DNA of 64,000 nucleotides from Eubacteriales bacterium (GTDB lineage Bacteria; Bacillota; Clostridia; Oscillospirales; CAG-272): NCBI GenBank assembly GCA_048526005.1, contig DBFVEH010000021.1, positions 126,362 to 190,361 of the forward strand, read 5' to 3'. Shown piece by piece: positions 63,621 to 64,000 of this stretch (position 1 is its first letter; each line of letters starts with the position of its first letter). The notes under the pieces were generated by a model. It saw only the letters and a program-made list of their open reading frames with translations, ran no database searches and was not told where the DNA came from. The position numbers and the translations under genes were made by a program.

Positions 63621-64000
63621 ATGATTCAAGTTGAAGTTCGATCTTTTGCTTACGAAAATTTTGATAGTTGGTGTTTGCCTTGGGATTATCATTGTTTATA
63701 TATTTTGGAAAATGGGTATCAAGTCTATATTGGCGAAACAAAAGATGTGATCCAGCGGAGCAAAGAACATTGCAGACCGTCTGATTTCTGTAATCAGTTC
63801 CAATTTCAACGTGTTTATATCATTACCAGCGAGGATTTTGAGGAAACGCCTGCAAAGCATTATGAAGATCTTCTCATCCGTCTTATGCGTGCGGACGGAA
63901 AATTTGAGGTTGTAAACCGAGAGAACGGCGAATGGACACACTATAAGCGAAAAAATCAGTTTGAGTTATCTTTTGATGAACTTTGGATACAGCTGGAAAA
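63621..64000 (+). CDS. GIY-YIG nuclease-domain protein, N-terminal fragment (continues beyond the window end)
   Basis: Own translation from ATG 63621 (GGAGG 8 nt upstream): MIQVEVRSFAYENFDSWCLPWDYHCLYILENGYQVYIGETKDVIQRSKEH... The YIL..VYIGET..R..H pattern fits GIY-YIG. AT-rich. Not in the ORF track because no stop lies within the window. Confidence 0.55.
   Translation, partial: MIQVEVRSFAYENFDSWCLPWDYHCLYILENGYQVYIGETKDVIQRSKEHCRPSDFCNQFQFQRVYIITSEDFEETPAKHYEDLLIRLMRADGKFEVVNRENGEWTHYKRKNQFELSFDELWIQLE

Noticed and set aside
1-64000. Search for CRISPR arrays, IS elements, integrases, prophage genes or rRNA.
   Set aside because: I found no regularly spaced 25-40-bp direct repeats, no transposase/integrase/recombinase-like ORFs and no rRNA-like sequence. 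The only notable repeat is the 26-nt hairpin pair reported in the findings.

Overview
Chromosomal segment with about 60 protein genes, 3 tRNAs and 1 SRP RNA. It comes from a moderately GC-rich, endospore-forming anaerobic Firmicute. I infer class Clostridia, Oscillospiraceae/Ruminococcaceae-like, from gene content only: spmA/spmB, an AbrB-type regulator, SRP-RNA-dnaX-ybaB-recR, ruvCAB, ecfA1A2T-truA and [FeFe]-hydrogenases. Most of the window is housekeeping: tRNA modification (mnmA, tsaB/E, truA, dusB, rluA), two cysteine desulfurases, replication/recombination genes, metal transport (copZA, feoAB, a Ca-type P-ATPase) and ECF vitamin uptake. I saw no CRISPR array, transposase, integrase or rRNA. 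Many transcription units have near-consensus TTGACA-N17-TATAAT/TATACT promoters and clear stem-loop/T-tract terminators. Six items deserve a second look. (1) A six-gene putative H2-sensing signalling operon at 6.4-12.1 kb: an APH-fold kinase-like protein, two thioredoxin-like [2Fe-2S] ferredoxins, a HydS-type sensory hydrogenase with PAS domain, a PP2C phosphatase and a catalytic-type [FeFe]-hydrogenase. It encodes no obvious output protein. (2) An AT-rich accessory stretch at 23.9-26.7 kb. It holds a two-gene module (compositionally chimeric secreted protein plus a 2-TM holin/immunity-like peptide) bracketed by 26-nt identical hairpin repeats and preceded by a 9-codon mini-ORF/hairpin leader. 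An orphan sigma factor lies just upstream. (3) A 2,496-aa cyclic beta-1,2-glucan-synthase-like giant (GT84 + GH94). (4) A YbaK-type aminoacyl-tRNA deacylase gene interrupted by one in-frame TAG. (5) Three promoter-proximal intrinsic terminators (mnmA leader, MATE leader, tRNA-Gln leader). (6) An AT-rich GIY-YIG gene starting right after the tRNA-Thr/tRNA-Tyr terminator at the window end, possibly an island boundary. All family assignments come from motif recognition by eye; no database search was possible.
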